DNA of 64,000 nucleotides from a virus (IMGVR_UViG_3300031867_000038:9954-73953), one strand, 5' to 3'. Counted from the stretch's first letter, positions 9,513 through 20,896 are shown. Made by a program: numbers and translations. The notes: a model not told the origin generated them from the letters alone.

Positions 9513-10151
9513 TTAATAGTGTAAAGAAATAGTAACATTATCAGTAGAATGAATAGATTTATGTTGAATGATTTCTATAAGAATAGTTTCATATAACAAA
9601 GGAAGAATATCATTTTGTACAATTGCAGAGATTTCATTATGTTCATTTTCAATTATAAAATGATGAAAATTAATATTCTTACGTGTAAAATCTTCTTTAT
9701 CAGTTTTAAATCTGCGACAAATTTCTTCGCAGTCAGGTTCTACTTCACGGTTAAGCTGTCTCAATAATCTTGTTTTATCTGAGCATGTTATATAAATAGG
9801 AATAATTGTGTATTCATCCCAAGGTAAATTTAAAAGTTGTTTTACGCCTGCAATATTAAATACTCCTATATTAATTTTATCAGATCGAATTGAATTTTTT
9901 AGAGTACCATAGCGCCAGCCTCTAAATTCTGCATACTCCAGATAATCTCCATTATCTAGATATTTTTGAGATTCTTCATCTGAAATAAAATGATAATCAA
10001 CCCAGTTTTGTTCATACTCACGCGGCGGCCGCGTAGTTGAAGAAATAATTTCATGGCAAAGATAAGGAGATTGTTTTACAATCTCCTTTTGAATTGTATC
10101 TTTACCAGCTCCCGCCGCCCCAAATAATGCTACAATATATTTTTTATTCAT
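9513..10151 (-). CDS. gmk: guanylate kinase
   Basis: GAAGAGKDT, TTRPPREYEQNWVDYHF, YGT; likely start ATG 10151. Confidence 0.9.
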   Translation of the reverse strand: MNKKYIVALFGAAGAGKDTIQKEIVKQSPYLCHEIISSTTRPPREYEQNWVDYHFISDEESQKYLDNGDYLEYAEFRGWRYGTLKNSIRSDKINIGVFNIAGVKQLLNLPWDEYTIIPIYITCSDKTRLLRQLNREVEPDCEEICRRFKTDKEDFTRKNINFHHFIIENEHNEISAIVQNDILPLLYETILIEIIQHKSIHSTDNVTISLHY

Positions 10152-13100
10152 CAGTTTGTCCATACCTTTTTGATGTAATCTCAATATTTTGCCCATGAAC
10201 ATCTGTTATTTTATATAATGTATGTCCAGGTGTATTATTATAACGTTTTGCTACGAACATATCATCTCTTCTAAACCCTGTTACCATAAGTTTTGTGCCT
10301 CGTACAAACCAGCCTTTTTCTTTAACCTTTTTAGTTCCATCAGGCTGTGGTTCACTAATCTGTCTACCATACAATGCATAGAACTCTTTTGTAAATTTGA
10401 CATTAACAACTCCTGTTTGAGTTAATAATGAAATACTATGACGACTATCATTTTTACTAATTACAGTGCCTGCAATTCTAAACAGATTAAAGATTGGAAT
10501 TTGTTTATTATTTCGTTTAAAGAAATAATTAACACTTGGTTCAGAAGATAATGTATTAAAATCAATAATACCATATTTTTGTTCATTTACATGCGTAAGC
10601 TCATGTTCATGATAATAAAAACATAATGCTTCCATTTCCCATGCAGAGATTGTACCTTGCGCATATTTATTCCAACATTCCATAAACAATTGCTGGTTAT
10701 ATGCATCTAACATTTCTTGCTGATGCTTTTGAAGATAAGTTCGTACTTTATCAATCTTTTGTTTATAAACTTTATCCCAAACAGTTTGCTTAATAAAATA
10801 CTGACCATGACTAATTTGTACGATATCTAAAAGATCAGGCACTTCACGTTCTAGAAATTCATACATAATTTCATCAATTCTATAATACTCTTCAACCTTA
10901 TCTTTTTTACAGAATTTATTAAATTTAAAAATTTTCTTTTCAAAATCTAATTCTGCTGGGAAAAGATTACGTTCAATTAATCCATTAACATTTTGAAGGT
11001 TAAGTTTTGATTTTGGTTCACTTGCAATCAAAAGATATTGAATCATTGTAAAATATCTTGGTTCACATTTAAGTTCTGCGGCAGCCGCCTTATTCAGCGT
11101 GTCAAACGCCCCCGCTTTAATCAAACTAATCATCGCTGTTTTTGTTAATGGACATTTACGCATAAAATCTTTAAATGAATAATATGGTCTATTTGCAATA
11201 ATTTTTTCTATAATTGGCGCTCCAACTCCTGTTAAAGCTTTCATACCAAAAAGAATTTGATTATTTTCTTCATCAGGTTCAAAACCATATGAAGATTTAT
11301 TTATATCAACGAGTGAAACTTTAATACCTGATGCAATAATTTCACCCAATGCTTTTGCTAATTTACTATAATCTGTACTAGCTTCTTTCTTTTGAACTCC
11401 AATGATATCTCCATCATCATCTTCAAGATATTCATTATCATCATTCTCCAGACTTCCGCTATTTACAATCAGACATGCTGTATTCCAATAAATTGGATTC
11501 CAATTTGTTGCTATATATGCAGTTTGATATCCAATAAATGAATATGCTAGAGCGTGGATGACTGAAAAACTATAACCCATTTGTGGACCAATTCCAGACT
11601 TCCATACATATTGACCTAACGCTGGAGATTTTGCTTGAGTTAAAACTTTTTCTCTTAAAGCTGGAATTTTATCCATTTGTTTCTTACCAACTACTTTTCG
11701 CGCGGCATTTGCTTCGGCCAGCGTAAACCCACAAATATTTTCATCCATTAACATTTGCATCAATTGTTCCTGGCTTGGCGGCACTCCATATGATGATTTA
11801 AAGTACGGCTCAAGAACCTGGACTTCCCGATCGGTTAAACCTGCGCCCGCCATTTCATTATACCAAAGTTTAATATTATTCTTAAACCTGATATACTTTT
11901 CCATTGGAGTTTCTTCGCCTTGTTCACTTGTCATCAAACGCATTAGTCCATTTGCGTCCGTAAGCTCTAGAATATTCTGCGGCTTAATCTTCTTTGCGGC
12001 TTGCGCCCCCACATCTGAATCAAACTGAAATACATTAAGAATTTTACCAGTTTGAATATTTTTCCATACATCATCTCGATCAAGAGGAATAACATTAGGA
12101 TGAAGGTATTTATTATAAACTTCTCTTAAACTTAAATCAGATTCAATCTTATTATTCTCTTGAAGGAATTTAATTGCTTGTGCTAATTTATCTTGAACTT
12201 CTGTTACTAGAAAGTCATATTTTACATAACCTAAATATTCTGCATCATGCAGATCATATGCTGTGATAATTTCACCTTTCGGCGTTCTCATATAAGATCC
12301 AAATTCATACGGATCTTGATCATTCATAATAATTCCAGAAGCATGAGAGCTACGTTTATTAATAAGATTTTCGATACCCTGCATAATTTCCAAAAGACCT
12401 GGATAATTTGAAATCTCATTAATAAATAAATCAACCTTGCGGCGGCCCTTTTCAGAATTACCCTGGACTACATCTTTTAATGGCCATAGAAATCCTCTTT
12501 CTTGTGGAACTAGAGATGATAAATACTGTGCTGTATCACTATCAATTCCATCTGGGTACTCTTCAGATCTATAACCACGGCAAGCTGTAAGAATTGTTGA
12601 TTTAGTTGTTTCTGTTCCGAATGTTGCTACCAAAACACAACCAAGATTATTACGACTTAATTCATCAATTTCTGGATTAAAATCTTTGCCACGCTCTTCT
12701 TTAATTTTACGGATAATTGTAGATTTCTTTGATGGACAAAGATCTATATCAATATCGCCAAGCTCTACCCTATCGCGATTTAAATATCTCCAGAATGGAA
12801 GACTCCATTGAATTGGATCAAGTTGTGTAATCCCAAGTAGATAATGATTGAGTCCACTACAACTAGACCCACGGCCGGCACCGACCAAACTCCCGCAATC
12901 CCACATCATATCAATATAATGTTGAAGAGTTATAGGATATTTAAACATATTAGTTTCAAGTTTTTCACTAATTGTTTTCTTAATATCTGCTTCTTCTTCA
13001 AGACGGGAAAGATATGTGTTGTTATCTTTATTTAAATTTTTTAATTTAATTAAACATTCATTAACCCAATATCTTTCATATTTATCATCAGAAATTTTCA

Positions 13101-14085
13101 TACTAGATAAAATAGGATATTGAGTTAATGATTGGTCTTCCCACTTGAGATAATCTTTAACTTCAACAGATGGAATTACTTGATGATGTGCTAAATCATA
13201 TACTTCAATTTTATCAAAAATCTCCATACTGTTTTTACACATCTGTTCATATTCAGATGCAATAGATGGACGAAGATTATTTAAAATATCTTCTTCAGAT
13301 TGAAGATATGCATATTCATAGAATGAATCAACTTCACGATCGCCGCCTTTAGAATTCAAATATGCTTTATGAACATATCTATCTTCTCTTTTGAGATAGT
13401 GAGCATCTGTACCTATTATCATTTTAATTCCATATGCGGCGGCTATATCTTTAAGTTTTAAATTAACTCTAATCTGTTCAGCACTAGCACCTGGCGCACA
13501 CTCAATATAAAAATCATCACCAAATAATGGTTTAACAAAATTGATAAAATTTTCAATTTGAAGATATGCAGTCATTGCGCCATTTTCATCACCTGTTTGC
13601 CTGGCTAACACCATGTTATTCACAGCAGATGATAGCTCCCCGCCAAGACAAGCCGATGTTGCAATTAAATGTCCTGGCTGCGCCCGCACAACTTTTTCTA
13701 ATTCACTTTTAAGAGTTGGGACTCTTTCCATACCACGATCATGATAACTTTGCATCCATGCTATTGAACTTAATTCAGAAAGTTGCCTATGACCTATTTT
13801 ATCTTTTGCAATAAGAATAAAATGATAATAAGGCTGACTTGGTTTACGTTCATCTACTAAATAAATTTCATTTCCTAATCCAATTTTAAAATCAGGATGC
13901 TCTTTCTGAAGTTTATTAAAAATAACATGACTTGACAAACATTCGTGATCAGTTATAGTTAATCCTTTTAATCCAAGCTCTAGTGCTCTTTCAATTAAAT
14001 CTTTGGGTTTATTAATACAATCGAGTAATCTAATATTACTGAAATGACTATGACTATGTACCTCAAAACGGTCTGACACTTTCAT
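10144..14085 (-). CDS. dnaE: DNA polymerase III alpha subunit
   Basis: PHP HSHSHFS/TDH/DAHY, GRGSS, DIDID, HASG, KYDFL, HALAY. Confidence 0.95.
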   Translation of the reverse strand: MKVSDRFEVHSHSHFSNIRLLDCINKPKDLIERALELGLKGLTITDHECLSSHVIFNKLQKEHPDFKIGLGNEIYLVDERKPSQPYYHFILIAKDKIGHRQLSELSSIAWMQSYHDRGMERVPTLKSELEKVVRAQPGHLIATSACLGGELSSAVNNMVLARQTGDENGAMTAYLQIENFINFVKPLFGDDFYIECAPGASAEQIRVNLKLKDIAAAYGIKMIIGTDAHYLKREDRYVHKAYLNSKGGDREVDSFYEYAYLQSEEDILNNLRPSIASEYEQMCKNSMEIFDKIEVYDLAHHQVIPSVEVKDYLKWEDQSLTQYPILSSMKISDDKYERYWVNECLIKLKNLNKDNNTYLSRLEEEADIKKTISEKLETNMFKYPITLQHYIDMMWDCGSLVGAGRGSSCSGLNHYLLGITQLDPIQWSLPFWRYLNRDRVELGDIDIDLCPSKKSTIIRKIKEERGKDFNPEIDELSRNNLGCVLVATFGTETTKSTILTACRGYRSEEYPDGIDSDTAQYLSSLVPQERGFLWPLKDVVQGNSEKGRRKVDLFINEISNYPGLLEIMQGIENLINKRSSHASGIIMNDQDPYEFGSYMRTPKGEIITAYDLHDAEYLGYVKYDFLVTEVQDKLAQAIKFLQENNKIESDLSLREVYNKYLHPNVIPLDRDDVWKNIQTGKILNVFQFDSDVGAQAAKKIKPQNILELTDANGLMRLMTSEQGEETPMEKYIRFKNNIKLWYNEMAGAGLTDREVQVLEPYFKSSYGVPPSQEQLMQMLMDENICGFTLAEANAARKVVGKKQMDKIPALREKVLTQAKSPALGQYVWKSGIGPQMGYSFSVIHALAYSFIGYQTAYIATNWNPIYWNTACLIVNSGSLENDDNEYLEDDDGDIIGVQKKEASTDYSKLAKALGEIIASGIKVSLVDINKSSYGFEPDEENNQILFGMKALTGVGAPIIEKIIANRPYYSFKDFMRKCPLTKTAMISLIKAGAFDTLNKAAAAELKCEPRYFTMIQYLLIASEPKSKLNLQNVNGLIERNLFPAELDFEKKIFKFNKFCKKDKVEEYYRIDEIMYEFLEREVPDLLDIVQISHGQYFIKQTVWDKVYKQKIDKVRTYLQKHQQEMLDAYNQQLFMECWNKYAQGTISAWEMEALCFYYHEHELTHVNEQKYGIIDFNTLSSEPSVNYFFKRNNKQIPIFNLFRIAGTVISKNDSRHSISLLTQTGVVNVKFTKEFYALYGRQISEPQPDGTKKVKEKGWFVRGTKLMVTGFRRDDMFVAKRYNNTPGHTLYKITDVHGQNIEITSKRYGQTDE

Positions 14086-14113
14086 ACCTCACTTCGATAT
14101 TTTTTCTATATAT

Positions 14114-14160
14114 ATTATATCATAAAAAAAGAAGTTTGTCAAGTTTTATTGACAAACTTC
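14114..14160 (-). promoter_or_regulatory. sigmaA promoter of dnaE whose -35 lies in a terminator stem
   Basis: TTGACA-N17-TATAAT (extended TG); 12-bp inverted repeat 14131-14160 followed by T7. Confidence 0.85.
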
Positions 14161-14625
14161 TTTATAAATTAATTCTATATAATCTGCTAAATTATATGAA
14201 AGAGTTGCTGGCATAATTATAGGTAAATTACTAGTTAAGATTTTTTTAATATCATTTTCAAAATAATTACGAATTCTTTCTAGAGCTGCAGAATTCTTTT
14301 TAGTTTGATTTTGGTTAAATCTTAATTGAGCTCTACCCTTCCAAAGATCCCACCATTTTAATTGAGGTATAAAAATACAAACATAGACATCTTCTAATGT
14401 ATTTTGTTCAAAATAATTTATAACATCACTATGAGTTGAAACAAAAACGATTCTTCTCTGTCTTGCTAAAGAAATTGCAGTATCACAATAATCCATAAAC
14501 CAGCAGGGATTATTTTTAGTAAAACAAGAACTGTCTAAGTCTATACAAAGCTGAGATTTTTCAGCTACAGAACTTTTTCCAATACACGGATAACCGCAAA
14601 CTATAATTCCTGTTCTTTTAGACAT
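14146..14625 (-). CDS. small P-loop NTPase/kinase-like protein
   Basis: IIVCGYPCIGKS. Confidence 0.65.
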   Translation of the reverse strand: MSKRTGIIVCGYPCIGKSSVAEKSQLCIDLDSSCFTKNNPCWFMDYCDTAISLARQRRIVFVSTHSDVINYFEQNTLEDVYVCIFIPQLKWWDLWKGRAQLRFNQNQTKKNSAALERIRNYFENDIKKILTSNLPIIMPATLSYNLADYIELIYKEVCQ

Positions 14626-14627
14626 TT

Positions 14628-14909
14628 TTATACCTTAAGGATAAATTCCTTATCGCTAATTGATACTTTAAAATCTTCTTCTATTATATCATTACGAAAA
14701 TAATAAATGCGTCCATAATATTTTTCAATATTATTACGAAATTCCCAATAAGCATCTTCACCAATAAAAAATTCAGCATCAATCAAATCATAAGGACGTT
14801 TTTCCATATAAGTACGATTAGAACAAATAATCATACATTCTTTTTCATATGCTAATTTAGTATGTAAATATTCTTCTTCTGAAATCTGCTGTTTAAAAAT
14901 CATCTTCAT
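14628..14909 (-). CDS. hypothetical protein
   Basis: 93 aa. Confidence 0.55.
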   Translation of the reverse strand: MKMIFKQQISEEEYLHTKLAYEKECMIICSNRTYMEKRPYDLIDAEFFIGEDAYWEFRNNIEKYYGRIYYFRNDIIEEDFKVSISDKEFILKV

Positions 14910-14930
14910 TATAATTTTACCTTTTATTAT

Positions 14931-15563
14931 TTAAATAGTTGGACTCTCTGGATCTAAGTCATTTGCTTCATAATAAGCAGCTTCACATTCGCAATGAGAA
15001 TGATATGGTGGATCTTCAAAGCCTTCTGCTAAGTGTACTTCTCCATCGGCATAATCATAACATATTCCTGTATCACATCTAGCACCCGATGATTTAAAAA
15101 TTTCAACGTATTCAACATTTGTTTTTTTCTTGATAGTCGCAGGGATCATATTATATTTTTCTGTATCTAATATGACTAACAATCTATTAAATAAACTTTG
15201 TATTTGTTTTGGATCATCATAGATAATAAACCAATTTTTTATACGATCTTCAAATGTTGTGCCATCTTTTTGAAATAAAATATCTTGTAATTCAATAGGC
15301 TCTGTATTAGAATAAGAAGAAAAAATTTCTTTTATTTTTGTTAAAATTATAGATAAATTTTGTTCAAAAATTGTATAAAATAATTCTATAGTTTTTTCTG
15401 GATCATAAAATAACTTTAATTGATTATAAATCCATTCTCCTTCTTGATCTGTAGTTTTTGAAAGCTCTGCATAAATTTCATCAATTTCTTGTCTACGTTT
15501 AATTTTTACTTTTTCATTTATATTAATAATAGGTTGCGATTGTTTATAATGAATTTTTTTCAC
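14931..15563 (-). CDS. protein with MuF/SPP1 gp7-like C-terminal motif
   Basis: RCDTGIC...DPPYHSHCEC resembles PP.HPNCRC. Confidence 0.5.
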   Translation of the reverse strand: MKKIHYKQSQPIININEKVKIKRRQEIDEIYAELSKTTDQEGEWIYNQLKLFYDPEKTIELFYTIFEQNLSIILTKIKEIFSSYSNTEPIELQDILFQKDGTTFEDRIKNWFIIYDDPKQIQSLFNRLLVILDTEKYNMIPATIKKKTNVEYVEIFKSSGARCDTGICYDYADGEVHLAEGFEDPPYHSHCECEAAYYEANDLDPESPTI

Positions 15564-16741
15564 TGTTGTATAATCACCAACTTTTCACTAGCTCTTGTTG
15601 CTGCAGTATATAACCAACGTGCATGCTCTTCTTTGTTCCAAGGGAAATTTTCTTCAATAACTAGAATCTTATCCCATTCACTACCTTGAGCCTTATGACA
15701 AGTAATAGCATAGCCATATTCAAATTCACGAGGTATAATATCTCCAATACGGTGTCTAGCTTTACCAATTTTATATGAGTCGCGCCAGTCACAACATGGT
15801 TTACCTTCAGTTAAATATTGATAATCTATTTCAACAGCAGGATACTCACTATCCTCCGTTACTACTTCAGCTTGCAGAATATCAAAACGTTTAACCGTAG
15901 TATAAAGCCAATATGGAATATTTCTAAAAGTTTTAAATGAATTTTTTAAATATCCAATAGAACCGTTAATAAGAGGATCACCGTTCATATTTAGATCTTC
16001 CCAATAATTTCTTACTGCGATTACTTTATCTCCATCTTGCGGCGGCCCCTCATGGCCAGCGAGAGCGCGCATCCGCGTATTTAAAGTATTTCTAGTTACG
16101 TTTTTAGCACATAAGACTTGATCTGCCCAAGTAAGAACGCTATCCTCGCTAAGATAAATATTAGGTAATACTTTGATCTCTTTTCCATCTTGAACTTGGA
16201 TAGGCTTCATAGCACGGATATCCATAGTTAATCTAATAATTTCTGACTCTTGCGCTTGCCGCATAATTTCATCAAGAAAGATATGTGGATTGTCAAGAAG
16301 ATGATTGTCTTGATCTTTATCTATTGGTGGAAGCTGAAATGGATCGCCTAAACAAATTATATATACTTGATGTTTAAAAAGTAAGTCCATTAATTTTTTA
16401 GGTGCCATACTAACTTCATCAACAATAACTATATCATATGGAATACTAGGTTTAGGTCTATTTATAAATCCCCCACCTGGTTTTGGGAAACTTTCATAAA
16501 GTAATCTATGTAATGTACTTACATTATCATTACCTTTTTTACGTAATACTTCTGCGGCTTTACCTGTAAATGTAGCAAAACAAACTCGATCTGGTGCTAC
16601 ATCTAGAGCTTCAATAATGAATCGTACTAAAGTAGATTTACCGCTGCCTGCATAACCACTAATAGTAGTATGCTTTTCACCCGCTCTATATCTAGCAACT
16701 GCAATTTTTAATCCTTGCTCCTGTTTAGGAGTTAGAACCAT
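15560..16741 (-). CDS. RecD/Dda-like SF1B helicase
   Basis: GYAGSGKS, TFTGKAA, VDEVSM, GDPFQLPP, YAITCHKAQGSEW, YTAATRA. Confidence 0.9.
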   Translation of the reverse strand: MVLTPKQEQGLKIAVARYRAGEKHTTISGYAGSGKSTLVRFIIEALDVAPDRVCFATFTGKAAEVLRKKGNDNVSTLHRLLYESFPKPGGGFINRPKPSIPYDIVIVDEVSMAPKKLMDLLFKHQVYIICLGDPFQLPPIDKDQDNHLLDNPHIFLDEIMRQAQESEIIRLTMDIRAMKPIQVQDGKEIKVLPNIYLSEDSVLTWADQVLCAKNVTRNTLNTRMRALAGHEGPPQDGDKVIAVRNYWEDLNMNGDPLINGSIGYLKNSFKTFRNIPYWLYTTVKRFDILQAEVVTEDSEYPAVEIDYQYLTEGKPCCDWRDSYKIGKARHRIGDIIPREFEYGYAITCHKAQGSEWDKILVIEENFPWNKEEHARWLYTAATRASEKLVIIQQ

Positions 16742-16775
16742 ATATACACATCCTTTTATTATTTCTTATGTGTAT

Positions 16776-16804
16776 ATAATACCATATTTTTCTTATTTTG
16801 TCAA
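16776..16804 (-). promoter_or_regulatory. sigmaA promoter of helicase operon
   Basis: TTGACA-N17-TATTAT. Confidence 0.75.
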
Positions 16805-16889
16805 TTTCGGTTTAAAAAAATCCTAGACCACTTTTTGCTTCAAAGTTTCGGTCGTGTGCGCGGCGCTCAGCTTTTTCATTGCACATCTT

Positions 16890-19734
16890 TCAAAAAAAGT
16901 ATTTCTTACTATCTACGACTTCATAATCTTCAATGAATAATTGTGGCGTAATATTTCCCATCCATTCATTTTGATTACATTTAGCAACAATATTTAATTC
17001 AATGTAACCTGTATTATTATATTGTAATTTAGCACAATCTAATTCAGTGGCCCTAAATAACATCAATGCAATTCCATCAGGCAAAGTAATTTTAATAGTA
17101 TAACCTTTTTTATCATAAATAGTCACCATTTCAGGAGTGACTTTAAGATTTTGAATTGCAATTAAAGCTTCAGGCAAATCTTTTCCCCATAAAGAGTCTA
17201 GGTTTGCGATGTCCAAAATAGCCTGCGGCCGCACATCTTTTTCTTCCCAAATATAATCAACATGATAAATAGCTTCATTAGGCATATCTTTTAAAAGTTC
17301 ATCTGTCTTTTGAATAAACTCTGGGATTTTATCTTCATCAATACCTAAACCAAATGCTCCCTGGTGCGAGAGCCCCTATCCTTTTCAGGTAGGCCTGACT
17401 ATTTCTTACTCTAGATTAATTATTAAATTAACCTAGAGAACCCCATTTCCAACTATGTATCAATAATAGCTGTACTTCCAATCTCACTTGGAATAGTCGA
17501 TACAGGTTATTTAACGTTTTCTCAATGGATAATCTAAATTTTTTCGTTTATTATTTTGACCAAGATTAATAGCAGTTACTGTACTTCTAGCACATTCATA
17601 TTTTTTAGCAATAGCATATTGAGATAAATTTGAATTAAGTAAATCATCAATAATCATATCAGCTCTATCTCTTTGAAAAGCTCTGCTTGTTTCTTTTCTT
17701 AATGGATAAGTATATTTATCTCTGTGCCAAAGTTTACCACTTTGAATACGTTTTATACTCGAATAATCATATCCAGTTCTTTCTGCTATTTCTTTCAAAG
17801 GCATATCTGTATTTAAAATTAAATCAAATACTTCATTTATTACATCTTGAGAATGAGTTACAAATGGACTATTTTCTCCAATATGTAAAGGAGGATTTTC
17901 TCCTCCAGGAGTCATATTATATCCATTTTCAAAACTATCATAATAACGAATCCAGTATTTTTCTCTTTCATTATAATTTTCTATATCAGATTCAATTACT
18001 TCAAAAGTAAAGTTTTCAATTCCATATTTATCAAAAGCATAATACAGTATTTTATTCTCATCTGTACCATATCCTTTAGCTTTATGTTCTTGAAAACGCC
18101 TTTTTGGATCAATCGTTTGTCCTATATAACATTTACCATTAATAGTATTAGTAATTTTATAAATACTTTTTTTCATATTTGTTCTCCTTATTAAAAAATA
18201 GGAGAAAACGTTAAATCTTCCCACGAGATTTCCATATACATTTTCTCTCAAATATACTTAGGATTCCTCGTTAGCAAATTATTTATTCATGTCCAAAAAT
18301 GGCCATGAAATTTTTAATTTACCCCGCTGATAAACGGAAAAAGGTTTACTGGCCACCAATTCGACCAGTTGCATACCGAATACATTGGGTAGCTTCACAG
18401 ATATCTTTAAATTCTGTAATGCCAACCGTATCACAGCCCCGCGCACTTCCTTGATATGAAATAAATTTAACCGAATAAGGTGGATCAAAAGGTGGATCTA
18501 ATTTAATACAATCTCCATAAGTAGTAGGGTCAGATTCATAAACTTCTTCTACTTTTGTTAAAATACAACATGGACGTTGATATTTAGCCATAATTTTATT
18601 TGCACAAAGGCCAGCAATATTTTTATCAATTTGGCCTGGTTCCAAAAGAAAAAGAATCACTTTATGATCTAAAAGATTCTCATTTTCAATCTTTCGCTCT
18701 AATAAATCCATGCTATTATCTTGAGCTTTTGTTTGACGAGCTTTAACATTAGTTGCAACTCTAATAGCTTGTTCTACTATTGATTCCATTGCGCCGGCCG
18801 CATGTCCACGCTTAGTTGAAGGCACTTTTTCAAAAGCAAACTGTAACAGCATAGATTTAAAAATTAATTCTTTTTCATCATTAGTACCACTACGTACAAT
18901 AGCATTTACAAAAGGAGCTACATAAAAAGCTACACCAATTGGAGTCACTTTATCTCCTATTGAGTATCTATTTTTTTCAATCATATATGTAATAAATGGA
19001 TTACGTAAATTATCTTCTTTTAAGCCAATTTGAATAAGATGCTTTGTTTCAAAAGATAGCATACTCATCATATCCGCGCAATTCCCAAGTGCTACAAGAT
19101 CTAAATATTTATTTGCAGTAGTTGTTCCCAATAAGTCATCTAAGTATCTACAAAATTGCCAAGTTACTCCAACTCCAGATAATTCTTTATTTGGATAATC
19201 AGAAATTTGATTATTAATAACAAAAGCATAGGGGTTATTAATATCGCAAATATGATGATCTAAGATAATAACTAAACACTCTTCATTCCATAAAGCTTGA
19301 CATTCTTGAATATCATTAGAACCTGCATCAGGAATAATAATTAATTTATGCTCTCCATTTAATGAGCGTAAAATACTTTGAATATGATCGTTTAAACCAT
19401 GCTGTTTTCCATCATGAATACGATATGATAGATGTGCGGCGGTCCAGTCTGGGAACATCTCATAGAGATAGTTATATATTAATGCGGCAGACGTAAAGCC
19501 ATCACAATCTGAATCTACAATTAAGATTGCATCAATACCTAGATTGATTGTAGTGATAAGGGTGGCCGCCGCATCATGTAATACTTTTTTACCAAAACCT
19601 TCATAAGAATTAATATCTGCGTTAGTTGTATTTAAATAATGTTCAATATCTTCTTGTTTAATTCCACGATTCGTTAAGATTTGTTCTATTGCATTATAAT
19701 TTGGATTAATAGGTTTAATTAAACTATACTTCAT
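16890..19734 (-). CDS. recJ: RecJ-like DHH exonuclease, spliced (exons 19734-18364, 17366-16890; ~615 aa)
   Basis: DSDCDG, DAG, DHH, GSARG; the exon join gives YATG|HQGAFG. Confidence 0.9.
17367..18363 (-). mobile_element. group I intron (IA2-like) in recJ
   Basis: 5' exon ends in U, intron ends in G; P1 ACUGGU/GCCAGU; R CCUGUAUCGACUA and S AAGAAAUAGUC. Confidence 0.9.
17511..18176 (-). CDS. intron-encoded GIY-YIG homing endonuclease
   Basis: SIYKITNTINGKCYIGQT...RRFQEH; start ATG 18176 with AAGGAG RBS. Confidence 0.9.
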   Translation of the reverse strand: MKKSIYKITNTINGKCYIGQTIDPKRRFQEHKAKGYGTDENKILYYAFDKYGIENFTFEVIESDIENYNEREKYWIRYYDSFENGYNMTPGGENPPLHIGENSPFVTHSQDVINEVFDLILNTDMPLKEIAERTGYDYSSIKRIQSGKLWHRDKYTYPLRKETSRAFQRDRADMIIDDLLNSNLSQYAIAKKYECARSTVTAINLGQNNKRKNLDYPLRKR

Positions 19735-19767
19735 TGTATCATTCTTTCTAATATTATTTCTAATAAT

Positions 19768-19809
19768 AGTATAACATAAAAAAAATGACTTGTCAAGATG
19801 ACAAGTCAT
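19768..19809 (-). promoter_or_regulatory. recJ promoter overlapping the primase terminator
   Basis: TTGACA-N17-TATACT; inverted repeat 19785-19809 contains the -35. Confidence 0.8.
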
Positions 19810-19810
19810 A

Positions 19811-20896
19811 TTAAATAAATATCCTTTTATTAAACAATTCTAAAAAAGTATCTTTTCCTTGGTCTATGGGAGAATTTTTATATTTTAAAGTATACCCTTT
19901 ATCAAAAATATATGAAAGCTGAATATATTTACCATATTTATTATATAGATTATACATTTTAGCCGCCCAATCTTTATGCTCTTGATCAGTTAATATTTGA
20001 TATTGTCGATCTAAAGCAATAATTAATTCTTGAATACCAAGAGAAAGGAGTAAATTAACTTGATAAGAACTAATATTACTACCACAACATGCTACACTAA
20101 TATCATTCTCAGATCCAAAATATGTTGCAAATTTAAGACAGCTTTTTTCTGATTCAAATACTATAGCTTTTTTAATAGCCTTTATAGGCCCAGCTGCATT
20201 ATTTATATTATATAGATTTAAACTTAATGGGTGATTATACATACGTTTATTTATAACAGCTGGTCTATATTTACCTGTCGCTTCATATTCTTTAATTAAT
20301 GTACGTTCTCTTATTCCGACCAAATGTCCCATAATATCAAAGTGAGGAATAATAATTCCATCACAAATGGGATCATAGCAGATGCCTCGTTCATCGCAAA
20401 CACTTTTTGATATACCCTCTTTCTCCCAAGGAATGATGCGCGGGCGCGGGAAATGTAGTAAAATCTTATCATCAAAAATGGGGAGTCCGTCTGAGTTTTC
20501 ATATCCGTATGATAACTTCTCTTTTGATTTTTTATTAAAATATTCCCAATCTTGAAGAGATGTTTGCCCTTCTAAAAAATCGTTTTCAAAATTTAATGAG
20601 AAGAAATCCGTGACAAAGGTCATTGCATTATATAGTGACCATTCTTCATTTTGTAATGCTTTGATTTTAATAATTAATTCAAAAATATCAAAAGCATCAT
20701 CCCCACAGTTAGTATAACATTTAAATAATCCTGTGTTAAAATAGTAATATAATTTATGACTATCTCCGCCATGACAAATAGTTTTACAAATTAAAGTATC
20801 TTTATAACGACGAGGTTCCCCACCTAACTCAGTAAGAAGGTCTTCCATTTGTGTAATAGTTAAACTATTTTTTATTTCATCTTTATCAAATTTCAT
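19811..20896 (-). CDS. DNA primase (Zn-finger + TOPRIM)
   Basis: CHGG...CYTNC, VFESEKS, IALDRQ. Confidence 0.8.
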   Translation of the reverse strand: MKFDKDEIKNSLTITQMEDLLTELGGEPRRYKDTLICKTICHGGDSHKLYYYFNTGLFKCYTNCGDDAFDIFELIIKIKALQNEEWSLYNAMTFVTDFFSLNFENDFLEGQTSLQDWEYFNKKSKEKLSYGYENSDGLPIFDDKILLHFPRPRIIPWEKEGISKSVCDERGICYDPICDGIIIPHFDIMGHLVGIRERTLIKEYEATGKYRPAVINKRMYNHPLSLNLYNINNAAGPIKAIKKAIVFESEKSCLKFATYFGSENDISVACCGSNISSYQVNLLLSLGIQELIIALDRQYQILTDQEHKDWAAKMYNLYNKYGKYIQLSYIFDKGYTLKYKNSPIDQGKDTFLELFNKRIFI

